A DNA stretch of 61,582 bases from Euprymna scolopes (lineage: Eukaryota), in the NCBI GenBank assembly GCA_053919585.1, contig CM132783.1; one strand, written 5' to 3'. The notes under the pieces are model-generated. The model ran no database searches and was not told where the DNA came from. It was given only the letters and a program-made list of their open reading frames with translations. Shown here one piece after another: positions 11,859 to 26,322 of this stretch. The translations under genes were made by a program, and so were the position numbers. Numbering within the stretch: the stretch's first letter is position 1; the number at the start of each line of letters is the position of its first letter.

Positions 11859-12929
11859 TAAAATGTCAGTTTGATCATAATTCAGTAGTGACAAGCATTT
11901 CAATCGGTTTAGGAAACTGATAAAAACACATAATAGGTCAAGAAAAGGATGGCAATCATATGCCACTCGCATTGCAAATACAATTGTACATTTTTTTATG
12001 AAAAGAGGGAGATAAATATTCGAAGCCTTGGCCAGTTATTTGAATGAAAATTACCATTGGAAGCGGATATGTTTCGTTTCTAATTTTTAAAGCATAATGA
12101 AGAGGTCAAACTACGATAGACATTGTTAGGCCAACAGTAATATTTGATCACTCTTATCAAATGATGACGAGAAAGGTTGACTTCTGACGGCAGTTTAATT
12201 CGATCTGTCTTGTTTAATACTGCTTATGTATTTTGAACACTGTCGGCGTATCGAGTAAAATCAGGAATATTCAATGTCCAAACGTGACATTGATACCACG
12301 TGCTGAACCGGATATCGAGAAATAACAGAAAATGAGACAACAGATTTTAGTCAATAATATTTTCTGAAGAAATTTATCTCGAGATATGATCGCTGTAGAC
12401 ATCCGCTATGTTGCATGTTTTAGTGATGCATTCAAATAGCGGACTCTGTAAGTAATATATGTTTGCCAAAATAAAAATAAAAAATAGGAGAGCAAAGAGA
12501 ATTGAAAATGTCTGGTTAAAGTCGAACAGACCATGGCATTTTTTTAATAACTATGTTATTAAAAAGCAAATTGACTGAGACCGATCTAATTTGAGAGAAA
12601 AAAAAAAACAATGTTTGGAAATAACTCAAAATGAACAATCTGGCTGTCGTATCCAGTGGATACCTCAATAAATTATCTTCTAAATGGTCGAATGTTGACA
12701 AAAGATAAAGGCCAACATCCAGACAGAGATGAAGAGGTTTCTGGAGATGGGAAGAAAAGGCAATCAGAGCCGACCCTCCGGGGCGAGGTGGGGAGAGGCG
12801 TGACAGCCAGGTGGTTTTTCTGAGACGTTGCGGTCAGTTGGATTTATGTGCCTCTCCGGGCAAAAGTATCATGTTATATTTGATCAGGCAAAAGTACTAT
12901 ACGCACCCCATTCCCGTAAATGTTGGCTC

Positions 12930-13503
12930 AGGGTCGACCGGCAGTTGACGTAAACCGCCGGAATATGCCGAACGCTGACTAAAATGATCAACCAAAGAAA
13001 AAAAATATATCAAACGCGCTTATCCGCCAAAAAGGGAAGACAACGACTTTGAATAATTTGGTAGAAAATATGCTTTTAAGCACAGAAAAATTCAATTAGT
13101 CAAACCCTAATCCTAACAAAAAATATTTAATTTTTTATCAGTCTAACCCTAAAACATGGTCGATAGTTTTTCCTGAAAATTCTTACAACATTGTTTGAAA
13201 AAAAATATTAAAAAAACACCAAAAGTCTTACGTAATAATAAAGATTAAAAAATTAAAGTTCTCTTGAAATTTAAAATAAACAAAAACGTATACTTGTATA
13301 TTTATTTAAAACAAACAAAAAATACAAAAATATTTATTCATGAAACTTCCGGTAGGGTGTTATATTTTATCTTATTTTATCGTATTTCCATTTTGTTTTT
13401 GTAATTAATATTCGATAAGTGTTATTTTTTGTTTCCTAGCGTTTCCAATTTTGATCAGCGCTCGGCATATTCCGGTGGTTTACGCTAAATTCCGATCGAG
13501 TCC
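12930..13503. mobile_element. MITE-like element with ~55-bp imperfect terminal inverted repeats
   Basis: CGTAAACCGCCGGAATATGCCGAACGCTGA (~12949-12978) vs TCAGCGCTCGGCATATTCCGGTGGTTTACG (~13455-13484); internal AACCCTAA motifs; AT-rich non-coding interior. Confidence 0.75.
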
Positions 13504-15059
13504 CATGCGCAAAATGCTAAAGTACCAAATCTTATTTTGCAATTTAGTTTTAGGTTCCATTAAATATAAATGTTATAGATTATGCAATTCATAGGCCATT
13601 TACTTATTTCAGTTCATCATCTATCGGAGGGAGTATATCCATAAGATAAACCCTCTAATAAGAGAAATAATGGTTTCAACTTTGCGTGAACTTTGGTACT
13701 TTTTGAACATCGCTTAGTTTTACTAAAAATGTTTTCCAGAAATCTGCTGTTTCAAAAACTCTAATTGAGAGATCATTTTAAGTTTCTTAACGGTCTTTTT
13801 AGCTCAATTCTTCGCATATTTCTTTTTAGTTCACCTAACATATTTACCAGCGAATTTTTGAAAACTTATTGCTTCTATGATTACTTAAATGGTTGGGATC
13901 TTTCTACGATTCCAGTTTGCTTCATATAATCCACAGGACTGATATTAATCTTCTGCTTTTCAGCACTATTTACGCCATAATATTTAGGGAATCGACTTCA
14001 ACTAAGGTTGCTACTTTCTCCCTTTTGTCTCATCTTACTATACATGTATGTAGCTGTAAAAATATAGTGATTGCGTATGCCTTATTGCCAACAGTTTTTG
14101 AATCTATGGTTGTATATTTCTAAACCAAAATACTTATACGCTGTTAGATGACACGAATTTCATATTATTATTATTAAAAAATGAAATGAATATGAAACCT
14201 TTTATATCTAAAGGAGACGTATCTCTTTATTATTATTTTGGTCCTGGATTATCTCTTTTGTCTCAAAGAGATTGTGGAAACGAGTTATGTGTCTTATATT
14301 TTACAGACAGCCGGATTAGAGTGTGACACACAGCGTTTTTTTTTCAGTTTAAACTAATAAGTAATTCTTCTTCAGTCCGGTGCCACGGTAAAAGAATAGG
14401 AGCGAGGACAATTATAATTTTGTCCAACAAAAAAGAAGAAAGAACATCATTTATTTTTTTATGTACAAGAGGCTAGATGTTTTGAATTCAAATATATCGT
14501 AAAGATTCCACTTAACAAAAAAAAAAAAACAAGAAAAAAAAAATAAAAAAAAAACAAGAAAAACAAACAAAAAAAAACATTTTGTTCGCCGGACTGGTTG
14601 TTTATTAGTTACGTGATAGACACTGTAGAAAAGCCGCGGCTTTGTCTGCAAATCTTGGTTTCTCAAGAGGTAGATACTTTTCAACAAGTTTCAAAGAAAA
14701 TGCTGTTTGTTTGAATGTATTTTTTTTTTTACCTTTCAGTGAGGGAATCATAAAACTGTCAAGAGTTTAGTTGATTTTATTGCGTCATTAATTTCAAAGA
14801 GAAAAGCGAAAGATATAACAATGGATAAAACAGAGACAAATATCTAAGAACTAAAAAAGTTAGATGCCATAAAACGATGGTGAATTCAATCTATAGAAAA
14901 ATGGCAAAGACCTTTAAATAATTAAGTATGCGAAGAACATCCAAGCAGCTAAATAGTTGTGGGACTTTTGAGATCTTGATAAGCAGTTTAATACTGAATC
15001 CATGACAAACTTATTTTCTATTAGTTCATGTGTACCGAATAGTATACGACTGTATATGA

Positions 15060-15330
15060 ATATAGTTATCTACCAACAGACTGTCTATCACAGCTCTTCA
15101 GTGCGGATAGATTAGCAACTACCTTAAGCCAGGATTAAAACTAGGTCGCCCAGGCGACAGACAACTTTTCTAACTCTTACGCTATTTGGCTGCTGCTAAA
15201 GTGAGCATGCGAAATTACGCAAACGCTTGAGCTTTTTTTTGTTTACAGAAAGAAATTGGCTTTATACGCTAGTGGAAATTTGTTATTTCACTCCCCAATA
15301 TGCTATACCCAAGAGAGGGAGATGAGATAT
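15060..15330 (-). mobile_element. Old copy of tRNA/hammerhead family A
   Basis: Minus strand: A box TAGCGTAAGAG, CTGTCGC loop, B box GTTTTAATCC, then TCTATCCGCA-CTGAAGA-GCTGTGATA-(deletion of GAAA side)-GACAGTCTGT..GATAACTATA, collinear with 157-294. Confidence 0.7.
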
Positions 15331-16091
15331 AGAGTAGTTACAGAATTAAGAGTCGTATACCATTAATGTGGGAATCTATATATTGCGCAACAAATGAAGG
15401 TTAGGTACGTGTCACACCTCCCCAAAAAGAAAGACCGGATTCACTTTCTGAATCGTTAATAAAATTCACAATCTTTACTGCAACGTAACCCTATTTTGGT
15501 ACAGATGAAAGTTCTATCTTCGTTTTGCTATTCTTTACTGATATGCAGATGCACTTACGTGTTCTTCCTATTAATTAACTATGTCATCTTGATTTGCTTT
15601 TCATTTATCAGATTTAAAATCTTCCTAGTAATGTGAATTTATCTAAAAAAATAATGTCTATCGAAACAATCCAGAGACTAAGTTAGAAAAGAGGTGATCA
15701 CATGCAAAATGAAGCCGGTACTAAGAGAGGAGTCTGTCAGATGAACATGTGTGTTTATTATTGAACGACGATAAACCCAAAGATATTGGAAATGTAAGAC
15801 TGAAACTTACTAGAAAAGTCGAGGATAAATAAAAGTTTCTTTGTACCAAATATAGATGAATTATGCTAAGGATTATGAATTGTCTTACTATTTCATAGTT
15901 GCGTGTTTTTAGGTCTAGTCTGTAAGACCCAGTATGAAAAAGAATATGTGATTGGTTTAACAAGTACTCATTTTTATGAGGCTGAGTTTTCCTCGCAAAG
16001 AAAACAATTGTGTGTTTAACTCTGTCCTTGCTAGGGAGGCAAGTAAACAGGAACCAATACAGGTACGAATTTTTTTTTTTGATTTTAAATA

Positions 16092-16703
16092 AAATTTTGG
16101 GTTTGTATTACTGTACACATAGATTCGAAAAAGTTGCCAAAAAAACAAATATATAACAAATAAATGTTATCAAAGGCAAGATAAGTTACTTTTCTACCAA
16201 ACTGGATATAATTCACGTGTTTTTATTCAATGTACCATATTTATTCAGCTCGAAAAACAGGTAGTGTTTACCGATGTATTGGACAATTCAAAATGGCGAC
16301 CGACTCTCTCTTAAACACGGCAAGTTCGGGAAAAGGTGTTAAATAATAAACTAGACAAAATACTATTTAAAAAACACCGAATATATGTCAACCTATGTCA
16401 CGGTAATATATATTGAGAGAATTTCTAACAGTATTTTGTCTAGTTTATAATTTATAACACCTTTTCCCGAACTTACTGTGTTTAAGAGAGAATCGGCCGC
16501 CATTTTGAATTTTCCAATACATCGATAAACACTGCATGTTTTTCGAGCTGAATAAACATGTTAAATTGAATAAAAACACGTGAATTATATCCAGTTTGGT
16601 AGAAAAGTAACTTATCTTGCCTTTGATAACATTTATTTGTTATATATTTGTTTTTTGACAACTTTTTCGAATCTATGTGTGCAGTAATACAAACCCAAAA
16701 TTT
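16092..16703. mobile_element. Foldback/MITE-like palindrome with ~275-bp arms
   Basis: ~16092-16368 is the near-perfect reverse complement of ~16425-16703 with a ~55-nt spacer. Confidence 0.93.
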
Positions 16704-16934
16704 ATTATCAGAATCTCAGTTGAAGCACATTTGTTGCAATCGCTTAAAATTGAAGTCCCGCTAAGAACCCCTCATCCATGTTTTCTAGATGGGCTAAAAA
16801 CAACCCCTTTGCGAATAATAAAACTGTATGTGCAAAAGGAAACAGTTGCTAGATCGGCTAAACAAGTGCCCTATTTAAGGTGTCTTTAGAGGTGAATGTT
16901 TTTTCTTACATTAAAGGTCTTGGATATTACCTTT

Positions 16935-17175
16935 AACTATATCCGATGGTGAGGCCCCAGCTAGCGTGCTCTGGGGAGTGTGGAGCCACCCTTTGATTGC
17001 CATTGCTCCCAAGTTCACTCTGACCCGGAGTGGTAGTATCTGTTACGGTCCCAACTATGTGTTTAATAGAAAACAACTTGAAAAAATATATTCTATTAAA
17101 GTTTTTCTTTCTTCAAAATCATTGGATTCGGCATTAAATAACCAGAAAAGGGTTGATATGCCGTAAAACAAAAAC
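16935..17175 (+). mobile_element. SINE-like fragment (3' body and tail)
   Basis: GC-richer body (GATGGTGAGGCCCCAG...CACTCTGACCCGGAGTGGTAG) ending GGCATTAAATAACC..GTTGATATGCCGTAAAACAAAA. Recalled as resembling an abundant octopus interspersed repeat; not verified by search. Confidence 0.55.
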
Positions 17176-19029
17176 ATCAACTTACATTAAAAAAATATTT
17201 TCGCTTCTCTGTCCTCTCTAAGCAGTAAAACATATAGAAACCCATTTATTAACAGAATCTCAACTGAAGAACATTTCTCGTATCTTGAATATAAAACATG
17301 GCTAAGATTACCCCATCTTTCTCACATGGGCAGAAGAAATCCTTTCTTAATATATCGAAGCTTCATACACTTACATGATATTTGTTAATTATTTATATAA
17401 TAATTATTTTTTTAAAGTTAATATCATGATCACTGGCATTGTGCTCTTCAAATAATATATTTCCCTAAAAGGAGGTCAGGAAAACATCGGAGTTTCGTAA
17501 TCTTATTTGTATGATACTCATCTATCTAGTTTCCTCTGTTATTTGATCAGAAAGGCTGCTTATAACGTACCTTTGATGCTAAGCAAAAATATTAATGATA
17601 GTAATAAAGGCTTCAGAAGATGGGATAAAGCATAAAAGGAAGAAAGGGGGGAAAAGGTTGAAGTTGTTATAGCACTGCACGAATGTAAATGTCATAGGAA
17701 TAAGAGATGAGATATCGTAGATAATCTGCTATTATCTACGATGCAAATGAGAAAATGTGGCGGGCCCAAAAGACGGAAACCACTATCAGAATCCACGTGT
17801 CGCTGTCATGTCTATTTTTTTCATGGCACCGTTTTTTTTTTTGTTTTTTTTTGTAGTTGGTTCTAGAAGCTTATTTTAGACATCCATCTTTAAGATTTAT
17901 CCCCATCGGAATCAATCTGTTTTTTGCTTGAAGGTTAGAGATTGATATTCATTTGAAGTATTGTTTAAGCATAGACATTTTAAGCAGCTTCTGTTTCGTC
18001 TGTTTTAACGCCACATCGACAATTTTTTATAATTATTTAATGCCAACAGAATAAATATTGTAAAATATTTAGTATAAGTAAACACAGTTGTGTTTATTTT
18101 GCACACAAAAAAGAGAAGGATCCGTATGAAATAGTCGCTAGAAAAATATTTCGTGACTTCATCTACAAAACACAAAACAAGAATTGAAGATACAAGTATC
18201 CAGGTGATTGGTTCTTAAGTTCACGCGGACAGGAATATAAGTATCTAATGAAAGATCTGAAATAGGAATTCATTTCTCAACCTGGAAGACTACGCTCCCT
18301 ACGATTTCTCTTCTTTATAATCGTCTAAAGAAGTACAGTCTGTTTTTTTTTGTTCTAGAGAAAAGGGATGTAGTGAATGGGTGTTAATTTAGATTACATC
18401 ATTTTTTCTACTGAAAGTATGAACTGTTTAAATGTTTTAAAAGAAACGGAAATATTCATTGATGAAACAAAAGTATTCTACCTTCCTTACCTATGAATCG
18501 CTTGAGGTATTGCGAAATCAACATTTTTGAGAGGGAGTGAGGGAGGAAAAGATCGGGCAAAGCAAGAAGATAAAATGGAAACAAATGATAAAGAATAGTC
18601 AGCTGAGGCAATTTGATTGTTTTCTAATTAAAAGAAGCGCAATTCAGTTTTTTTCATGATTTTCAAAAACAAACAAAAAAAAAACAAAACAACCTTAACT
18701 GTCATTGACCAGTTGTTTATTATATGGACCCTCTAAAAGAATGCGTTAGTAGAGTTTTATTGTTATGACAAAGTTAAAGCTACAGGCTTTAACTATAACG
18801 TTGTTGTGAAATTTTAACACGGAACTGACATCGCGTACGAAAATGTCGCAAAGAAAAAAAGGAGTTAAGAGTAAAACATTTTCTAGCAGTTATTTCATCA
18901 CCAAACCACTGACGTGTATTTTCCAAGCCAGCAAGAATATGGTAGAATTTTCTCTTTTATTCATCGGAGTCAATCAAATTTTCCAGTCCGCAGCTACAAC
19001 CAACTGTATGTCTGCAGCTCGTTTGCATC

Positions 19030-19215
19030 TTGTTTTAAAAACACCTGCCACACCGACATGTGCGTAAAAACCATTTCAAGCCGCCACGCGGTTAAAAATC
19101 TCCCTCGTGTCAGCACGTAATTCTTTTCCGCTTCTTTCTTTCCTTCCTCCTCCTCCGCTATGACGTCAAATCTTGCCACGACGTATTAATTTGCATATTT
19201 GTCATGCGGTTGCTG
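19030..19215. promoter_or_regulatory. Candidate promoter/enhancer: CpG-rich patch with CRE and octamer
   Basis: TGACGTCA 19161-19168, ATTTGCAT 19189-19196, pyrimidine tract 19121-19157, locally high CpG; no repeat match seen in the window. Confidence 0.35.
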
Positions 19216-19284
19216 CTCTAGTTCCTACACTATGAGGATAGTAAAATATTTTCTGTTATAAAAACTTATATTTGTGTGTGTGTG

Positions 19285-19430
19285 TGTATGTACTTCACTT
19301 GCCACTGGTATTTAACAATGTTGTTTCAAGACAGTTGTGATTGGAGATTGCGCACCTCCTGCCACAAAAATTTAATGCGCAATAAACCCTTCATGGGTAT
19401 CCATAGTCTGTCCAAGACTGAAGGAGCCTG

Positions 19431-19432
<2 letters not shown>
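19285..19432 (+). mobile_element. 5'-truncated copy of the 5S-derived SINE
   Basis: ACTTCACTTGCCACTGGTATTTAACAAT...CTCCTGCCACAAAAATTT...TGGGTATCCATAGTCTGTC matches the reverse complement of 8420-8560; flanked by (GT)n and (TA)n. Confidence 0.88.
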
Positions 19433-19466
<34 letters not shown>

Positions 19467-19805
19467 CGGCGAGAAAAATTAGAACTACTATAAAAATGGG
19501 GTTACTAGAGAGTATTATATTATATTTCGCCTTTCATTTGATCGAAGACTTTGTTGGGATGGTAGAAATAGCAATAAAAGTAATAAGTAGAAAATATTAT
19601 GAATAGCGAATCTTCTGACAGAAACTTGTGAAAAATATATTACCTTATGAATAACAGAGGGAACATGAAGAAATGATCGAGATTTTTTCATCACTATTGC
19701 TGGAAATCAAAACGAGGCTAGCGACCTCAAAGAGAAAAGCCATAATACTTTGGTTCCACAAATCTCTTTTCCACTGGCAATGAAGACTCAAATTTCTCTC
19801 TCTCT

Positions 19806-19877
<72 letters not shown>

Positions 19878-20656
19878 GACATCTATACTCGTGTTTTCAT
19901 AGAACCATTGGAAATCTCAATATTTAAATCAAGAAAAATTAATGCATGTATGAGGTTCGTGTTGCCTTCTATTAATCATTATGGCGTGACCTCTTAATTC
20001 TAGTGAAGCAGCTATTATAGTAACTATGAAGTCATATTAGTTGCTTAAGCTAAATATTGAGTAAATTATCTATAGCAGATTTTGCGATTCTTATGTCGAT
20101 TCAACTTTTGCTTTTGTTTTTATTAATTTGATCTATATCCAATATCTACGTAGCTTCTTGATTGCATTTAACCCTTATTTACAGAGGCATACAGGAGTCT
20201 TCGAGGTCTTGTTCTTTAGATGGATTTCTCTGAAACAGCTTCGCAGTCTATTTTATACATAGTGACATGTCTGTGTGTAGGCGATACGGTCTCTACTAAA
20301 CGACTCGCTCAATTTTGATCTCTAGACTTGATATATAGAAGATTAGGACAAATTCGATTTGGTTTTTAGGGGAAAATAGCTGCTAAAAGGTCAAAATTGA
20401 AAAAAAATACAAATTGGTAGACGCACTTCGACTAAACGTGTACGTTCTACGTATACGCACATATATTACGTCTAATTACGTTCATTTTAAAGTTTTTGTA
20501 TGCATGTGAAGTTGACTTAAATGATAACGAATAACGATAGAGAGCTACGTGTTTTTGTTTCGATTCTAGTTAATGGCCCACATCTCATTAAAAAACAATG
20601 TTTGAAATCACAACTATATATTTGGATACAATAAAATAAATGTAAAATTGACTCTG

Positions 20657-20658
<2 letters not shown>

Positions 20659-20720
<62 letters not shown>

Positions 20721-20728
20721 AAGAAGAA
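20659..20728. repeat. Compound (AAT)n(AAG)n microsatellite
   Basis: Directly visible. Confidence 0.97.
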
Positions 20729-22504
20729 CAAATACAAAATTCGTGTAAACTACATATCATATTTAAACATATTTTACGAACGAGCAATGCGGGGTATCAG
20801 ATTAGTAATATATAGGCTGTCTCAGAAAATGTACTCACAATTCAAATGGCGAGAAACCCTTTATGAACATAGGGAAATGGAATACCATCAAATACAGAAG
20901 ACAGATATCGTTGCAAATGTTCAAACTGATGACCATTATTACTTAGATAATGCTGATAACGCGCCCCAAGAAATTTGCAAATGTCACGACATTATAGTAC
21001 AATTTTAAGATCCACTATAAATATATTATGTAATAAATGCCACTTTAGTTCGTCAGTTAGATAAAGGCGGATGTAACATTATTGTTGATAAATAATGCAA
21101 TGCCAAATTCGATATTGATCATCATAAATGTGCACGATTAATTTCGTCGACATTTTTACATATTCAATCCTATTAAGATAAGCAATATTCTCCACTCTAA
21201 AATTATCTTATTTCCGTCTGCATACACAGAAGTCAAACGATTATTGACTTCCATTATTAGAGAGTTCAGACGCCTTACATTTTAGCCCAACCTCCATAGC
21301 AGATATTTATAGCGTGTCATTTGCTTTAGAATAAGATTAACGCGTGTCTTCACAAACCCCAACGAGTAATAGTACTAAAATAACTATGATAATGTTTAAG
21401 GCGGGGAGAGACTATGCTGTAAAAGTTTTGAATAAGCAAAGTATCGATAATCGATATGAATGATTGCAGTAAACCCCGGAACGTTAGGAATAATTGATGT
21501 TTTTTTTTCCTTCTGATTAAAGAGGTTATTACTAAGAAATAAACGCTGAGAAAATAATTCTTCGAAAGTGAATGAAAACAAGACATTTACGCAGTCCAAT
21601 AGAGGAAATAACGAGGTAGAAAAGACACATTGAAAAATACGAGGCCGACAGTTTTCCTTGTCTTCATTTCTGTTTGTAAATAATAAATAAAAAAACTGCA
21701 AACTGGTTAGAGTAACTCATTATAATGTCATCAATTTTACGTTGTTTTATTCTTCTTTGTCATCGAGTCCAACAGAAGTACACACTTAGTTATCGAACAG
21801 AAATAATTACAATTCGGTGAATGACTAAAGTCACAGATAATATTCGTCATTATATTTTAGTAATGAGAAAAATAAGAAAGATACATACGAGAAAAAAGTT
21901 CCAGAACAAGTTTTGCCGAATTCAATATATTGTTTCTTCTAGTATTTATTCCATATAACTATGTCAGATTTATGGATGTATTACTGAGTGGGGAATATAT
22001 AGAGATGTGAACTAATTGTTGATTTTCTTAATTTGATTTCGTTAAAGTTTATTTTATTTACGGTATAACGAGCTATTACTTTAACTTGAATAACTTAAAA
22101 ATATTACATGAAAAAGTTAATTTAAAAGACAAGTCCGATTGTAAATTAGAACAGACAGTCGGTATGTATTTGAAAATTAAAGTCCAAATCGTTATTTTTA
22201 TCGACACGAATTAATGGATATTCGTTGAAACATTATTTTGCTTTATTTAGTCGTGTGTTGACAATTTGCAATTAATAATTTAATATTGAATATATTTAAC
22301 TTGATTGTTTTACCTCAAATTCTGATTGATTTCGGTAGCTCTTTTGCTTTTCGACAGGTACTATGTTCATAATCGGAGCGGAAGCGAATAAAAACGAAAA
22401 TGCTGAAACCAAGTATTAAAACCTATTAAACAATGATCTATCGATTCTTTACCAAACGCTCCAACCAGTATGCCAAATGAGCCAGTAAGTTAAAAGAAAC
22501 TCCC

Positions 22505-22580
<76 letters not shown>

Positions 22581-24502
22581 CAATCTCTCAAGAAAAGAAT
22601 TCATACCCATTATCATAGCCAGAAAGAATGGCCATAAAAGCATTTCGCTTTGAAGTTTCATATTTTGCCTATTCTCTTTGTATAAAATTTTGTCGCTGAC
22701 ACAAAATATTTTACATTATTTTCATGTACATCTTTTTTTAATGATCAAAAATATAACTGTTACTTTTATCATAGCTTATGTCATACAGGTTCATATTAAA
22801 AAGATACTGCAAATATTTTAAGGGGCTTCTTTTTAATGCATTAGATGTGCTAATAGATAGAGTTATCCCCCTTGAATAGAATTATCGCCCTTGGAAGAAT
22901 TATTGTGTAGAAAATGTGCTAAGTAGAGAAAATACAACAACAGTGATATTCGTTAGAAAACTGTTAATGACCGTAGATCTTGCCACTAGTAATGGGGTCT
23001 CACTACAGTATACTATGTAATTTTGTAAAATTTGTTTATATTTCAAATTATCTGCATTTAGTTAATTTTGATTAACCCTACATTGTTACATCTGACTATA
23101 AATTATTAGGCTATTATTTTTTCTTATCTTCCTTTAGAAATATCCAAAATAAAATGCATTTGTAAAATGTCGGCTATAACCCGTATGGAAACAGACACTT
23201 TTGCTTCTAGACTAAATTACAAGTCATTAACTAACCAAAGAAATATGATGTCAACTCTCAAAGAATTTTCACATTTCCTTATAGTATTCTTTTATATTTT
23301 CATGGATATGATATTTATCTCTCTCCCACATCGAGAAACTGCGACACAAAAATAAAAAAGTGTGGTTAAAGAACCTGCGTCCTAAAAGAGGAACACTATG
23401 GTCTGCAAAAGATGATTGGATAGCCCCGTGTGCATTCCCTGGTAAGGACGATTCGGGCGATTATCAGTAAACAAGCCCATTTCGCAAAGAGAGAAGGCAA
23501 CGTTTGGGAGGGTGGACCAGCAATATAGTGCAATTAACAGGAAATGGCTATGTCAGAAATTGCTTTGTCTCTGTTGGTACCGAGGGAAATTACCATAGAA
23601 TGACAGTTTCCCTTTCAGCTCATATTTCCTGCCCTTGCTGTTCGTTTAATAATGTTTCTTATTTGTGTGGGATACGTTTCTTCTAGAAATGCTACGATTA
23701 AGAAATAGAATGCATTTCTTTTTATCAAGGTAGGATTCCTCACATCAATTTAAGATAAATTATTTTTGAAACATTGTTTAGCATACAATAATGTATACTG
23801 TTGAACTTGAAGCTATTTCGTTTCGATCAATTGCTGTGTTGTATCGCCTCTCTTATATATGCAAAGTAGGTTTTGCACTCGATATTTAAGCTCTTTTAGA
23901 GCCCATATTTACCAGATATCGTAAAGTTTTTGATAATCGATACCATTTTTTATTCCTGATTTTATTTATTATCATGGCATCAAATGAATTATTGTAAAAA
24001 AAAAAATGTGTTTAAGTCATCTATCGTAATCATAGCTAGCATTTTGTAGGACTTAGGATTCGTACTTAAAAACGTTAAATTGCTACCAATCTCTATAGTG
24101 ATCAGAAAATAAGATCATCTTACATTAAATTTATATAAGAAACTGTTTCCTTAGTCTAAATTCTAAACTAATTGTTTTCCTTTTTTAAGGTGTTTACATT
24201 TAATCGACTACACGTAAACTCATTTTTTGTTGGGGAGCATCAGCGAAGTGTTGTAATCTTCAAATCTACTAAGGCAACCAACATTATTGCTATGGTCTTT
24301 CTTATATGTTAATCGCAAATAAATAGAATAAAGTCGTAAGCAATTCAAAAATTCAAATTAACCGAAACGAAATTACTTCAGCGAATGATATATCAAATGT
24401 ACACGATTATAAAATGTAATTAAAAAATTAGTGTTGAAACTCTCATTGATATCAGACTATTTCTTGCTTGTAATTTATTTGTACTCAAAGTAATATTGCT
24501 TG

Positions 24503-24868
24503 TATTTAAAATTACTTCCCCTTAGTTTATTTTGATTAAACAATAATTATCACTTATTATAATTAGCGAAATGTGTTGTTTTCTAAAATATGATTTCAAT
24601 ATTAAGTTACTTAACAAATGAAAAATGGCCGAACAGTTACATATGAACGGCATTTTTTTTAATAGGAATTGGATTAATTGCGTATATATTTAAAATTACT
24701 CCCCCTTGGTTTATTTTGATTAAACAATAACTATCACTTATTGTAATTAGCGAAATGTGTTTTTCTCTAAAATATTATTTCAATATTAGGTTACTTAACA
24801 AATGAAAAATGGCCGAACAGTTACATATGAACGGCATATTTTTTTTAATTGGAATTGGATTAATTGAG
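24503..24868. repeat. ~184-bp tandem duplication
   Basis: 24503-24682 and 24687-24868 are near-identical (e.g. GTTACTTAACAAATGAAAAATGGCCGAACAGTTACATATGAACGGCAT twice). Confidence 0.95.
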
Positions 24869-26268
24869 CATATAGAGACTTAATAGGTGTGAATAAACAC
24901 ACCACAAAAATAATTCATATAGTTTATTTTGTATATTCCGACATTTTTGTTTTCACGACTGTTATCTTTTTTGATTGTTAATACCAAGAGCAGCACAAAG
25001 TAGCAACAAAAGTATGCAACCCTGGTGTTTTTTATACTAATTGGTATATACTCTTATTTTAAATCTCAATGTATATAATTATATAACATGACCCAAAGGA
25101 TCATTAGTTTTGGAGGAATCTATATTATGCGTTAATCTATAGATAGATTATTCTGCGTCAAATAGCTAGAACTCATTCTGTTGATCAAGCGATTTACAAA
25201 ACCATGAAACATAATTAACTTCATAGAGGTTAGATCGACTAGAACCATTTGACAAAAATCTTTATCAATGATTAAAGGGGTCTATTTGCTTCGTTCATGT
25301 TTTTATGTTGAATAAAATGACCTAGTCCTATCAGGACCTACTGGAAATCATATTTTTAATGATAATAAGTATGTCTATTCACTTCTGTCATGGCAAAGTA
25401 TAGATAATTTGAATATATAGTTATTCGATTTATTAATATTTTAAATTGCTTACATCTGCTCTTATAACACTCTAAGTAAACGAAAATCTAAAAAATTTCA
25501 TGTGTTTTTAAAACGTGTTTTTTTTACATTAACTATTTCGGCGTGTAATCCAATAAAATGGATGTAACAAAACAGGTAAATAAAGAACAATTTACTACAT
25601 ATACAAATATTTCAAACTATAAACAAAACGAATGCTTACAAAGAATAAAAGTATATTAGTTTTCTTTTGTAGTATCTGAAAATTTCCGAATTTTACAAAT
25701 GAAGAGTTATAATTTGCATTATTCTCTACTTTTAACCATATTCTCACAATATATTCTCGATACAGTCTCAAAGTACATTTGGTCAACATAATAAATCTAC
25801 ACATAATTTTAAATTCCAAAGTTTGTCCTAAATATCTCAGTTCAACAGAATGCAACTGGAAAAAGTCGAAAGTTACAACGGTGGAAACGTTATAAAATAA
25901 CCTTAAAGAAGAAAATAGTGGTCCGAATAATTTGCATGATACATAATATTTGACAGTTAAATATCGAATGCTTTGCATGTGTCTGAATGATAATCGGGCA
26001 TTTGACAATGTTAATGAGGATCCTATAGTTGAGTGAATTTATTAAATAATTTGATAACTGATGATATTTTCTAGTATATGATAATGTTTAATAATATATG
26101 AATAACAATTTTCGGATTATTTGAGAACGTTATATATATATTCTTAATTTTTAAAAGATTGCATTTTAATGGCCTCCCACGAGGTTAAAGTTAAATGCAA
26201 AGACTAAATCGTTAAATATGAGTGGTGCGTTATTTATGAATGATAACCTTGCTTGTTCTGTGGTTCGG

Positions 26269-26322
<54 letters not shown>

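Noticed and set aside
12700-12860. GC-rich patch, possibly a LINE remnant or exon (similar patches at 20812-21010, 28660-28870, 39890-40135, 42050-42240)
   Set aside because: Probably old transposon fragments, but no diagnostic motif or second copy in the window to support a call.
18994-19179. 61-aa minus-strand ORF as a further protocadherin exon
   Set aside because: No acceptor in a compatible frame gives this peptide; the region looks more regulatory than coding.
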